Of a stretch of DNA of 64,000 bases, positions 37,989-48,746 are shown one piece after another. The first letter of the stretch is position 1; every line of letters starts with the position of its first letter. This stretch comes from an uncultured Ignavibacteriota bacterium (lineage in GTDB: Bacteria > Bacteroidota > Ignavibacteria > UBA10030 > UBA8401). Where the stretch lies: NCBI GenBank assembly GCA_903861125.1, contig CAIOTF010000014.1, positions 54,497 through 118,496 on the forward strand, written 5' to 3'. The position numbers and the translations under genes are program-made. A model generated the notes under the pieces. It saw nothing but the letters and a program-made list of their open reading frames with translations. It searched no databases and had not been told where the DNA came from.

Positions 37989-40772
37989 ATGAAGACATTC
38001 GGTCTATTCCTTCTGGCTGCGGTTATTTCACTTTCACAGGTGAAAGCACAGACCAAAAGTATGGTTGCAGACATTAACATCCCGTACGAAAAATTCACAC
38101 TTGATAACGGTCTAACCGTGCTAGTCCACGAGGACCATAAGGCGCCTATCGTGGCTGTTAACGTATGGTATCACGTCGGATCAAAAAATGAAAAACCCGG
38201 CAGGACCGGATTTGCACATCTCTTTGAACATTTAATGTTCAACGGCTCTGAGAATTTTGATACGGACTATTTCCAAGCTTTGGAACGGATCGGTGCAACG
38301 GATCTAAACGGAACAACAAGTAATGACAGAACAAATTATTTCCAGAATGTTCCTACGCCTGCACTGGATATTGTTCTTTGGATGGAGTCTGACCGAATGG
38401 GACATTTGACCGGTGCTATCAGTCAGGCAAAACTTGATGAACAAAGGGGAGTAGTGCAGAATGAAAAACGGCAAGGCGATAATCAACCGTATTCTATCGC
38501 TGAAGAACTAACCACCAAAGCGACATATCCTGCCGGACATCCATATTCATGGACGGTGATCGGTTCACTGGAAGATCTGAATGCAGCGTCATTGGATGAT
38601 GTGAAAGAATGGTTCCGCAATTACTACGGCACAGCAAACGCAGTGATAGTTCTTGCCGGCGATATTGACCTGAAAACGGCAAAAGAAAAAATGCAGAAAT
38701 ATTTTGGCGATATACCTTCCGGTCCTCCGGTTGCTAAATATGATGAAAATGTTGCCAAGAGAACGGGAACAATTCGCCAACGTGCAGAAGACCGTGTTCC
38801 GCAAGCCCGATTCTTCAAAGTATGGAATACTCCAAAATATGCTTCGGCAGAAAATACATATCTCGATTTATTCGCAGATATTCTCGCATCAGGGAAAACA
38901 TCCAGATTATATAAACGCCTGGTGTATGACGAACAAATAGCGACAAATGTTTCTGCTTATGTTGACTCACGGGAGATCGGAAGTCAATTTAATATTGATG
39001 CAACGGCAAAACCTGGTGTGGATCTAGCAAAAATTGAAAAAGCGATTAACGAAGAAATGAAATTGCTGCTTGAAAAAGGACCCACCGAAAAAGAATTGCA
39101 GCGGGTGAAAACTCAATCCATCGCAGGATTTGTTCGCGGCATTGAACGCATCGGAGGATTCGGCGGAAAATCAGACATCCTTGCGAATTCGGAAGTCTTT
39201 GCCGGTTCACCGGATTATTATAAAACATATTTAAGCAATCTTAATGAAGCAACGGTTCAGAATATTGTCGCAACGGCAAATAAATGGCTAACCGATGGTG
39301 ATTACATTCTTGAAATTCACCCATTCCCTCAATTCAAGAACGATCAAACAGATTCTACCGTTCGGAAATCAATGCCGAAGATGGCAGCAGCAGCCGAAGC
39401 AAAATTTCCGAAGATTGAAAGAACAACCCTTTCAAACGGACTGAAAGTTATCCTTACCGAACGTTCTTCAGTTCCCGTAGTAAATTTTTCATTGCAAGTT
39501 GATGCCGGTTTTGCAGCAGATCAATTCTCAATTCCCGGCACGGCAAATTTAGCAATGGATGTTCTTGATGAAGGGACAAAAACCCGCAGTGCATTAGCTA
39601 TAAGCGAAGAACTTGCCCTTCTTGGTGCCAATCTTAATTCCGGATCAAATCTGGATAATTCGTCGGTTCGAATGTCGTCTTTGAAGGCAAATCTTGATGC
39701 GTCATTGAACATATTCGCCGATGTTATTCTGAATCCTTCTTTCCCGGATGAGGACTATAAACGATTACAGAAACAAAAGATCGCCGGGATTCAGCGTGAG
39801 AAAGTCACTCCAATCCAAATGGCGCTTCGTGTATTTCCGAAGATTCTCTATGGAACGGAACATGCGTACGGAAATCCTTTAACTGGTTCCGGCACGGAAC
39901 TGACGATGGCGAGCATTAAGCGCGATGACCTTATTAAATTTCATAAGACATGGTTCAAACCAAACAATGCAACATTAATTGTTGTCGGTGCAACGACGAT
40001 GAATGAAATTAAACCGAAACTTGAAAAATTATTTAAGGATTGGAAGTCGGGTGATGTTCCCAAAAAGAATATTGCGAAAGTGGAACAGCAATCGAAATCA
40101 ACTGTTTATATTGTCGATAAGCCCGGTTCGCAGCAGTCAATAATATTTGCAGGACACGTTTCGCTTCCCAAATCAAATCCGGATGAACTTGCCATTACCA
40201 TGATGAATGACGCTTTGGGTGGCGCTTTTACATCACGCGTTAATATGAATCTTCGGGAAGATAAACATTGGTCATATGGTGCCAGCACATTGTTCTATGC
40301 TGCCCGCGGACAGCGTCCGTTTTTAACATATGCGTCGGTGCAGACCGATAAGACAAAAGAATCAATGGTTGAAGTTGTAAAAGAGCTTAAAGAAGTTACT
40401 ACTACCCGACTGATAACGAAGGAAGAATTTGAAAAAGTTCAAAAAAATGCTGTGCTTGAGCTTTCAGGTTCGTGGGAAACAAACAATGCAGTTCTTGGTT
40501 CGCTGGCAGACATGGTATCGTATGGCTATGCGGATGATTATTACAGTACATATTCAAAAAAATTGAATGAACTAAGCTATGAGGAAGTGAAAAATTCCGC
40601 CGGAAAAGCGATTCATCCTGATAATCTTGTATGGGTTATTGTCGGCGACAAGGAAAAGATCGAGCAGGGGATTAAGGATTTGAATTATGGAGCAGTAAAA
40701 TACCTTGATGCTGATGGTAATGACGTGAATCAGCTTCAGCAAAAGGATCAGCCGATAGAAAAAAAGAAATAA
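37989..40772 (+). CDS. Secreted two-module M16 family zinc peptidase (PqqL-like)
   Basis: aaggag Shine-Dalgarno 7 nt upstream of the ATG at 37989. Signal peptide MKTFGLFLLAAVISLSQVKAQ. HxxEH motif (FAHLFEHLMFNGSENF). A second inactive M16 module follows. The ORF-track start at 37929 is probably too early. Confidence 0.8.
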   Translation: MKTFGLFLLAAVISLSQVKAQTKSMVADINIPYEKFTLDNGLTVLVHEDHKAPIVAVNVWYHVGSKNEKPGRTGFAHLFEHLMFNGSENFDTDYFQALERIGATDLNGTTSNDRTNYFQNVPTPALDIVLWMESDRMGHLTGAISQAKLDEQRGVVQNEKRQGDNQPYSIAEELTTKATYPAGHPYSWTVIGSLEDLNAASLDDVKEWFRNYYGTANAVIVLAGDIDLKTAKEKMQKYFGDIPSGPPVAKYDENVAKRTGTIRQRAEDRVPQARFFKVWNTPKYASAENTYLDLFADILASGKTSRLYKRLVYDEQIATNVSAYVDSREIGSQFNIDATAKPGVDLAKIEKAINEEMKLLLEKGPTEKELQRVKTQSIAGFVRGIERIGGFGGKSDILANSEVFAGSPDYYKTYLSNLNEATVQNIVATANKWLTDGDYILEIHPFPQFKNDQTDSTVRKSMPKMAAAAEAKFPKIERTTLSNGLKVILTERSSVPVVNFSLQVDAGFAADQFSIPGTANLAMDVLDEGTKTRSALAISEELALLGANLNSGSNLDNSSVRMSSLKANLDASLNIFADVILNPSFPDEDYKRLQKQKIAGIQREKVTPIQMALRVFPKILYGTEHAYGNPLTGSGTELTMASIKRDDLIKFHKTWFKPNNATLIVVGATTMNEIKPKLEKLFKDWKSGDVPKKNIAKVEQQSKSTVYIVDKPGSQQSIIFAGHVSLPKSNPDELAITMMNDALGGAFTSRVNMNLREDKHWSYGASTLFYAARGQRPFLTYASVQTDKTKESMVEVVKELKEVTTTRLITKEEFEKVQKNAVLELSGSWETNNAVLGSLADMVSYGYADDYYSTYSKKLNELSYEEVKNSAGKAIHPDNLVWVIVGDKEKIEQGIKDLNYGAVKYLDADGNDVNQLQQKDQPIEKKK

Positions 40773-40789
40773 CTGGTCAAGATAGTATA

Positions 40790-40828
40790 AAAAAAGTGCA
40801 GCACGCTAAAATGTGCCTGCACTTTTTT
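40790..40828. terminator. Probable bidirectional terminator between convergent genes
   Basis: An A7 run, then agtgcag...ctgcact, then a T6 run. Confidence 0.45.
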
Positions 40829-40916
40829 ATGTAATAAACAAATTCCGCGGTTATTTATAACCATCGTGATGCAGTGCCGGACAAGACGATCACCCGATTC
40901 AAGCAAATTTTATCTG

Positions 40917-42623
40917 TTAAATTTCCCTGCCGTACAACTTTAAAAATTTAGCTTCGCCGGTATTATCGGCGATAAGTATGATCTCCGAATTTGGAAGGAA
41001 TCGTGTCTCACCCGAAGTGATTTGTTCTGCTTTCCCCTCCGTTGAAATTCCTACGACATGGCATCCGATCGTTTCGCGCAGTTGAATGTCGTCAATGGTT
41101 TTTCCGATAAAACTCGATGGCGTCTTAACCTTGAAAACATCAACTCCTTCGGACAGCATCAGATACGTGCCATGCTTAAGATGATTGATGATAAAATTCG
41201 ATCCGAAAGACGCATACGAAAGAACGATATCGCATCCGGCCCGATGAAGAAGAGAGACGCTGCGTTCCGATGTTGCCCTGCTGATGATCTGAATATCCTT
41301 GCGCAAACTTCGATACAACGTGGCGAGATAAATATTTCTGTCATCGTTATGTGTGGCGATGATGATGGCCGGTGCTTTATTGAATCCTGATTTTTCCAAC
41401 ACGTCTGTTTGTGCTGCATCGCACACAATAACGTTTGCTACGTTGAGCGCTTTCTGTGGATTGATTTCCAGAACTTTGTAATCCAATCCATGTTCGTCAA
41501 AAGAACGGGCAACCCATCTGCCGACATTTCCTGCTCCGACGATCAGAATCGGATCGTCGGAAGAGTTATAGATGCAGAATAATTCATTGTATCGGGCAAT
41601 TGATGACTGATTGCCCGCGATGACGAGAATGGATTGTTTTGAAATTACGGTGTCAGGTGTCGGCAAATGGAAATGCGGTCCATCAAGAATGCCGATTACT
41701 GTAACACCGGTAATTTTTCGTAAATTTGTGTCTTTCAATTTCTTATTGACAAGCGGCGTTGCACATGCAGCGGCTTCTACAATAAAAAGTCCGTCGAACT
41801 GACCGAGTGGGTGAGCAATGGCATCACCGGCTATTGTTCGTCGTGCGAGAGACTGACCCATTGTTTCATCAAGTGTCAATACTTCGTTGGCACCGGCTGC
41901 AAGTAAGATATTATACGATTCCTGTTCAGTTGCAGTTGCAAGAATATGTATAGATTCCGATTTCTGACGTACCGCATGGATGATGGTTGTATTGGTGACA
42001 TCATCGTGCGTGGATGCGATCAGAGCGGCATGTTCTACGGAAAGTTGTTCATACGTCTCCGCATCGTCAAGATCACCCAGAATGGCACGCACACCATGAT
42101 CCCGCAGTTCCGAAGCTTCCTGTAAATTTGATGTGATTAGGAAATAGGGATAGGAGTAGTAGGCAAGTTTTTCTATCAATACGCTGGTGACCGGTCCGTA
42201 ATGTGTTAGAATGATATGTCCTCGCATACCCAAAGGCACTTCACGAGGGACGCGTGCTGTGGATTGAAATAGTTGAATGAGAGTGAACGGAATAATGACA
42301 AGAAGGAAAAATATTCCGGAGACGATCACAAAAACAGAAAAGACATATCCCGGTACTGTGGAAAAAACAATATCGCCGTATCCAACCGTCGTCATCGTTG
42401 CAAGTGTCCAATATACACCGACGAACCAATGGAACGATTTCCCTTCGTGCAGCATCATGTAATGGAATGTTGTTGAATAAAGTGCAAGCACAAAAGCAAA
42501 CAAAGAAAAGAGCCGCACTAACAGAAGTGCATTGCGCCGGCTCATCATCCGTTCTAGAAAAAACAGGGGACGACTTCGAAGTACTTTGAATCGCCGATAT
42601 GGGTATTGCAGGATCCGTTTCAT
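40917..42623 (-). CDS. Potassium channel with a TVGYGD selectivity filter and two RCK (TrkA-N/TrkA-C) domains
   Basis: N-terminal TM helices with the TTVGYGD pore signature. Two Rossmann-type GxGxxG RCK domains (LIVGAGNVGR; IVIAGHGR-like). Confidence 0.75.
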   Translation of the reverse strand: MKRILQYPYRRFKVLRSRPLFFLERMMSRRNALLLVRLFSLFAFVLALYSTTFHYMMLHEGKSFHWFVGVYWTLATMTTVGYGDIVFSTVPGYVFSVFVIVSGIFFLLVIIPFTLIQLFQSTARVPREVPLGMRGHIILTHYGPVTSVLIEKLAYYSYPYFLITSNLQEASELRDHGVRAILGDLDDAETYEQLSVEHAALIASTHDDVTNTTIIHAVRQKSESIHILATATEQESYNILLAAGANEVLTLDETMGQSLARRTIAGDAIAHPLGQFDGLFIVEAAACATPLVNKKLKDTNLRKITGVTVIGILDGPHFHLPTPDTVISKQSILVIAGNQSSIARYNELFCIYNSSDDPILIVGAGNVGRWVARSFDEHGLDYKVLEINPQKALNVANVIVCDAAQTDVLEKSGFNKAPAIIIATHNDDRNIYLATLYRSLRKDIQIISRATSERSVSLLHRAGCDIVLSYASFGSNFIINHLKHGTYLMLSEGVDVFKVKTPSSFIGKTIDDIQLRETIGCHVVGISTEGKAEQITSGETRFLPNSEIILIADNTGEAKFLKLYGREI

Positions 42624-42761
42624 TATTGTCCCTATGATCGTATGCAGAGTATAACGTAAAGATTAAAAAATATCAATCATGAAAAATAAATAAATCTGCC
42701 TACTTGACAAATGAACTCTATTTGCTATATTATATACAGTTCTTTTACAGCAATTATTGCA

Positions 42762-42873
42762 TTCATCAAGAGTGGACGAGGGACTGACCTGAAGACTCCA
42801 CAGCAACCGGCGATTCACACAGCGTCGTGCAGGTGCTAATTTCAGATTCTCTGCAAAGAGAACAACGATGAAC
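42762..42873 (+). promoter_or_regulatory. SAM-I (S-box) riboswitch aptamer
   Basis: ttcatcaagagtggacgagggactgacctgaagactccacagcaaccgg...gtgctaatttcagattctctgcaaagagaacaacgatgaa matches the S-box consensus (P1 uucauc/gaugaa, the AGAGNGGNGGAGGGACUGGCCCNAUGAAGCC core, the GCAACC pseudoknot element). It lies upstream of metY-metX. Confidence 0.8.
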
Positions 42874-42895
42874 TAAAAGTCTGAGCTTTTATATA

Positions 42896-42937
42896 AAACC
42901 TCTTTTAGTTTATTGTCTAAAAGGGGTTTTTTCGTTT
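42896..42937 (+). terminator. Riboswitch expression-platform terminator
   Basis: aacctcttttag...ctaaaaggggtt followed by ttttcgtttt, immediately 3' of the aptamer. Confidence 0.6.
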
Positions 42938-43099
42938 TAAATCATAGTCACCATGAATATTTCCAGTTTACACCTTTTCTACGCATCTCGGCCCGTTCTG
43001 GAGCATTCCTCGTCGTATTTCGACGGTAATTTTCTCTGTTGACGCTGACATCTATTCCTTAATCTACCGCGTAATTATTTGCTGCGCTGATTCAAATAG

Positions 43100-44482
<1,383 letters not shown>

Positions 44483-44528
44483 CGAATTGGCAATCAACCG
44501 TTACCTTTGAGTATTGAAGGTCTTTTAG

Positions 44529-45668
44529 GTGACGGTATTTTATCGACTTATCATGACAAAACATACAATAGTAAAAACGAACTTCGTTCAGTTATTTGAC
44601 GCAATAGATCCGTTACACATGGATTGCGGTGATTCTTTTTCTCCGGTGACTGTTGCATATGAAACGTACGGAACCTTGAATAAAGCAGGTGACAACGCCA
44701 TCGTTGTCTGCCATGCGCTTACGGGAAGTGCTCATGCTGCCGGATATTCGTCGGAAGATCCAAAATCGATCGGATGGTGGGACTCATTCATCGGTGAAGG
44801 TAAACCGCTTGATACAAAAAAATATTTCGTTATATGTTCAAATTTTCTCGGCGGATGTTATGGCACGACCGGTTCAAAATCTGTTGATCCGGCAACCGGA
44901 AAACCTTACGGATTAACATTCCCCCAAATGACGGTTCGGGATATGGTTCGGGTGCAAAAAAAGCTCGTCACATATCTTGGAGTTAATAAAATAAAAACAG
45001 TCATCGGCGGTTCGCTGGGAGGTATGCAGGTACTCGAGTGGGCCGTTTTGTTTCCAGACTTCGTTCAATCAATCATTCCGATTGCAACCTCGGTGCAGCA
45101 TTCACCGTGGGCGATCGGTTTGAACAATCTCTCGCGTCTTGCCATTATGAATGACCCTGACTGGAAAGATGGAAATTATTATGGATTTCCTCAACCGGAG
45201 AAAGGATTTTCACTCGCCAGGCAAATTGCGATGATCTCTTATCGAAGCGAAAAAGAATTTACACAACGTTTTTCCCGAGATCGTATTGTGAATGAAATTG
45301 ACTCATCGAATCGTTTTGATACGTCGAATATTTTCCAAGTGGAACGGTATCTTCACTATCAGGGAACAAAACTTGTTAATCGCTTTGATGCTAACACATA
45401 CATCTATATTTCAAGAGCTATGGATATTCATGATCTTGCATACGGCAGGGGAACCGTCCACGATGTATTGGGTTCTATATCAATTCCTGCACTCTGTATC
45501 GGTATAGATTCAGATATTCTCTATCCTGCAACAGAACAGCAAAGGATGGCTTCATTGCTGCCGAATTCAACATACCGGGAGATTTCATCGCCATATGGAC
45601 ACGATGCATTTCTCATCGAATTTGACCAAATGGAGGCACATGCAAGGAATTTTCTGTCAATAGTGTAA
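44529..45668 (+). CDS. metX: Homoserine O-acetyltransferase
   Basis: Alpha/beta hydrolase with the nucleophile elbow GGSLGGMQVLEW and an N-terminal MetX-type region. The start may be the internal Met at about 44556. Confidence 0.85.
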   Translation: MTVFYRLIMTKHTIVKTNFVQLFDAIDPLHMDCGDSFSPVTVAYETYGTLNKAGDNAIVVCHALTGSAHAAGYSSEDPKSIGWWDSFIGEGKPLDTKKYFVICSNFLGGCYGTTGSKSVDPATGKPYGLTFPQMTVRDMVRVQKKLVTYLGVNKIKTVIGGSLGGMQVLEWAVLFPDFVQSIIPIATSVQHSPWAIGLNNLSRLAIMNDPDWKDGNYYGFPQPEKGFSLARQIAMISYRSEKEFTQRFSRDRIVNEIDSSNRFDTSNIFQVERYLHYQGTKLVNRFDANTYIYISRAMDIHDLAYGRGTVHDVLGSISIPALCIGIDSDILYPATEQQRMASLLPNSTYREISSPYGHDAFLIEFDQMEAHARNFLSIV

Positions 45669-45681
45669 ACGTTACCCATTA

Positions 45682-45724
45682 CAAAAAATCCCGTCAGGAG
45701 AAGATCAGGACGGGATTTTTTTTG
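45682..45724 (+). terminator. Intrinsic terminator after metX
   Basis: atcccgtc-aggagaagatcag-gacgggat followed by a T8 run. Confidence 0.55.
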
Positions 45725-45764
45725 TCCATTATATTTCGTATTTTGGTGTAAATAGAAAGAAAAA

Positions 45765-47084
45765 ATGTCAAAACCTATCGTAGCAATTGTTGGCCGTCCT
45801 AACGTCGGGAAATCAACCTTATTCAATCGTCTCATTGGCTTGCAAACGGCCATTGTTGACGATGCACCGGGCATTACGCGTGATCGTCATTACGCCGAAG
45901 CAGAATGGACAGGGAAACCGTTCACAATTATAGATACGGGAGGATTTGTACCGGATTCCGATGAGATATTTGAAAAAGCAATACGAGAACAGACGCAGAT
46001 AGCCATCGAGGAATCGGACAAGATTATTTTTGTCGTTGATGGAAAAGAGGGACTGAATCACATCGACAAAGAATTGGCGAATATCCTCCGAAAAGAAAAC
46101 AAAAAAGTTATCCTTGTTGTCAATAAGATCGACTCTGCTCGCGAGGAAGCTCACTCAGCACAGTTCCATTCTCTTGGACTTGGAGATCTGTACACGATGA
46201 GTGCTCTCGGCGGAAGGAAGATCGGCGATTTTCTCGATGTTTTGACAGAGGAATTTGTCATTGATACTGGCGACCTTAAGGAAGATTCGCAACTGCGTAT
46301 TGCCATTATTGGAAAACCAAATGTTGGCAAATCGTCGATGGTGAATGCTCTGATCGGCAAGGAACGTTCTATAGTTACACCCATAGCCGGAACAACAAGA
46401 GATTCGATAGATTCAATCTACAATTATAACGGTGAAGAGATCTTGCTGGTGGATACCGCAGGATTGATGAGGAAAAGTAAAATACGGCAAAATGTAGATT
46501 TTTATTCTACGTTACGCACGCTGAAAGCAATCGACCGGTGTAATCTGGCCATTATTCTTTTTGACGCAAGCATCCCATTGGAAAAACAGGATTTTCGCAT
46601 TGTTCAAACGGCAGCGGAAAAGAACATCGGTGTTGTGTTAGGAATAAACAAATGGGATGCAGTGGAAGACAAGGATACGAATACTACCATCCGGTATGAA
46701 GCATCGCTTCGCGAAAAACTAAGGCAGTACGATTATATTCCGGTATTGTTTGTTTCGGCAAAAACGAAACAGCGTCTGCCGAAACTTTTAGACCTGGCAA
46801 AGAAAGTACACACAAATCGTGCAATGAGGATTCCAACCAGTTCGTTGAACGATACGCTCCTTACTGACATTGCACGGTATCCTCCGTCAACTAAAACGGG
46901 GAAAGATGTGAAATTGAATTATGTAACTCAGGTTAAAACATCACCGCCGGTATTTGCATTTTTTGCGAATGAACCCGAAATGGTCTCCGAGTCGTATAAA
47001 GGATTTTTACGAAACCGGATCCGTCATCATTACGGATTTGAAGGGGTGCCGCTGACGCTGGTCTTTAAGAAAAAAAGGAAATAG
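45765..47084 (+). CDS. der: Ribosome-biogenesis GTPase Der (EngA) with two G domains and a KH domain
   Basis: [16 protein letters not shown] and a second [17 protein letters not shown]-loop. Confidence 0.9.
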   Translation: MSKPIVAIVGRPNVGKSTLFNRLIGLQTAIVDDAPGITRDRHYAEAEWTGKPFTIIDTGGFVPDSDEIFEKAIREQTQIAIEESDKIIFVVDGKEGLNHIDKELANILRKENKKVILVVNKIDSAREEAHSAQFHSLGLGDLYTMSALGGRKIGDFLDVLTEEFVIDTGDLKEDSQLRIAIIGKPNVGKSSMVNALIGKERSIVTPIAGTTRDSIDSIYNYNGEEILLVDTAGLMRKSKIRQNVDFYSTLRTLKAIDRCNLAIILFDASIPLEKQDFRIVQTAAEKNIGVVLGINKWDAVEDKDTNTTIRYEASLREKLRQYDYIPVLFVSAKTKQRLPKLLDLAKKVHTNRAMRIPTSSLNDTLLTDIARYPPSTKTGKDVKLNYVTQVKTSPPVFAFFANEPEMVSESYKGFLRNRIRHHYGFEGVPLTLVFKKKRK

Positions 47085-47103
47085 TTTACACTTTGGAGTT
47101 TCT

Positions 47104-47730
47104 ATGAGCACACTCACCGTTATTGACCACCCGCTTGTGCAGCGTGATGTTTCCATTCTTCGGGATAAAGACACTCCGAACCATCAGTTCCGAACCGTCC
47201 TCAATCGTATTGCAGGTATGATGGCTTTCGAAGTGACTCATGATTTTTCTTTAAAAGAATATTCCCTTGATACGCCGTTGGAAAAGACGAGCGGCGTGAA
47301 ACTAAAAGAACATATTGTTATCGTTCCGATTCTGCGTGCAGGTCTCGGCATGGTAGAAGGCTTTATGAATGTGCTGCCGGAAGCAAAAGTCGGTCATGTG
47401 GGTCTGTATCGCGATGAAGAAACATTGGAACCGGTGGACTATTATTCCAAATTTCCCAAAACACTTTCGAAAAGTTTGGTACTCCTTATCGATCCCATGC
47501 TGGCCACCGGCGGTAGTGCAAAAGCGGCTTTGACCTTTCTGAAAAATAAAGGGGCGGCCAATATCCGGTTTGTGTGTCTTGTTGCTTCACCTGCCGGCGT
47601 GAAGATCGTTCAAAAAAACCATCCAGATGTCGATATATATTGCGCTGTTGTTGACAGAGGATTGAACAACAACGGATATATCCTTCCCGGACTTGGCGAT
47701 GCAGGTGACAGGGTCTTTGGAACGGAGTGA
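47104..47730 (+). CDS. upp: Uracil phosphoribosyltransferase
   Basis: LTVIDHPLVQ...; PRPP-binding LLIDPMLATGGSA. Confidence 0.9.
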   Translation: MSTLTVIDHPLVQRDVSILRDKDTPNHQFRTVLNRIAGMMAFEVTHDFSLKEYSLDTPLEKTSGVKLKEHIVIVPILRAGLGMVEGFMNVLPEAKVGHVGLYRDEETLEPVDYYSKFPKTLSKSLVLLIDPMLATGGSAKAALTFLKNKGAANIRFVCLVASPAGVKIVQKNHPDVDIYCAVVDRGLNNNGYILPGLGDAGDRVFGTE

Positions 47731-48746
47731 ACGTGCGGAAAAACTTTTTCTTCATTGTAACCCTGCTGATAATTACCGCTACAACATTTCTCCAATCTCA
47801 GCTTCTTGAGGACAAACGGCAGCATTCACTACTTCTGCGCGGAATAGATCTGACCCTTCAGCAGCAATATGATTCGGCGGAAACGGTTTTTAAATCAATC
47901 ATCGCAGAATTTCCACGACATCCCGCAGGATACTTGTACCTGGCCGGACTGTTGCAGGCACGAAACACGGATTACGGGGACTGGTTCAATGCGAAACGAT
48001 ATGATTCATTACTCACAATCGTAGAAAATCTTTCTTTACCATTGATCAACAATAAAGGGACGGAAGCATTCGGGCATTACTATACCGGAAGTGCAGAAGC
48101 GTTTCGTTCGTACACGAAATCTGAAAATGGCAATCTTCCGTCCGGAATATACTACGGAATGTCTGCGGGCGCTTCACTTGAGCGGTGTGTCGCAATCGAT
48201 TCGAGTTTTACGGAAGCTAAAAATATTCTTGGTTCATTCTATTTCTGGCGGAGCAAGATGGCTTGGATTCCGTTCATTTCTGACAGAAGCGAAGAAGGTA
48301 TTCGTCTCATCACAGAGTCGTTTTCTCATCCGTACGAAAAACATCTTGCTTCACACAATTTGATGGTTATCTTTACTGAACAGAAACGATATGCCGATGC
48401 GGAAAAATACGGCAGGATCATGCTGAAGGAATACCCGGACAACCGTTTATTCCTGTGGAATATGATGACGGTTTATGAACAGTGGAATAAAAAGAAGGAG
48501 TTGCAGGACGTTGTTGTACGATTACTTAGCAGCACTATGAAAGGACAAGTGATCAACCGTTATGCTGAGGCGGTCTGCAGATTGAAATTGGCCCGATTTG
48601 CATTGGATGAGAATAATCCCGGAACAGCAAAAAAAGAACTGAATATGGTGATCGCTCTGCGGCCGTTCATCGGCAATGTAAAAGGAAACCTTAAGAAGAA
48701 GATCTCCGATGCAGAGGATCTTCTGGAAACGATAGAACATCAATAA
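47727..48746 (+). CDS. TPR-like repeat protein with an N-terminal signal or anchor; hypothetical
   Basis: Hydrophobic N-terminus FFFIVTLLIITATTFLQSQ and a helical-repeat composition. Confidence 0.4.
   Translation: MNVRKNFFFIVTLLIITATTFLQSQLLEDKRQHSLLLRGIDLTLQQQYDSAETVFKSIIAEFPRHPAGYLYLAGLLQARNTDYGDWFNAKRYDSLLTIVENLSLPLINNKGTEAFGHYYTGSAEAFRSYTKSENGNLPSGIYYGMSAGASLERCVAIDSSFTEAKNILGSFYFWRSKMAWIPFISDRSEEGIRLITESFSHPYEKHLASHNLMVIFTEQKRYADAEKYGRIMLKEYPDNRLFLWNMMTVYEQWNKKKELQDVVVRLLSSTMKGQVINRYAEAVCRLKLARFALDENNPGTAKKELNMVIALRPFIGNVKGNLKKKISDAEDLLETIEHQ

Noticed and set aside
40848-40861. Perfect 14-bp palindrome GGTTATTTATAACC in the convergent intergenic region
   Set aside because: It is too short, and a 2-nt loop rules out a hairpin. 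Without a neighbouring regulator gene or a second copy it cannot be called an operator, so it may be chance.
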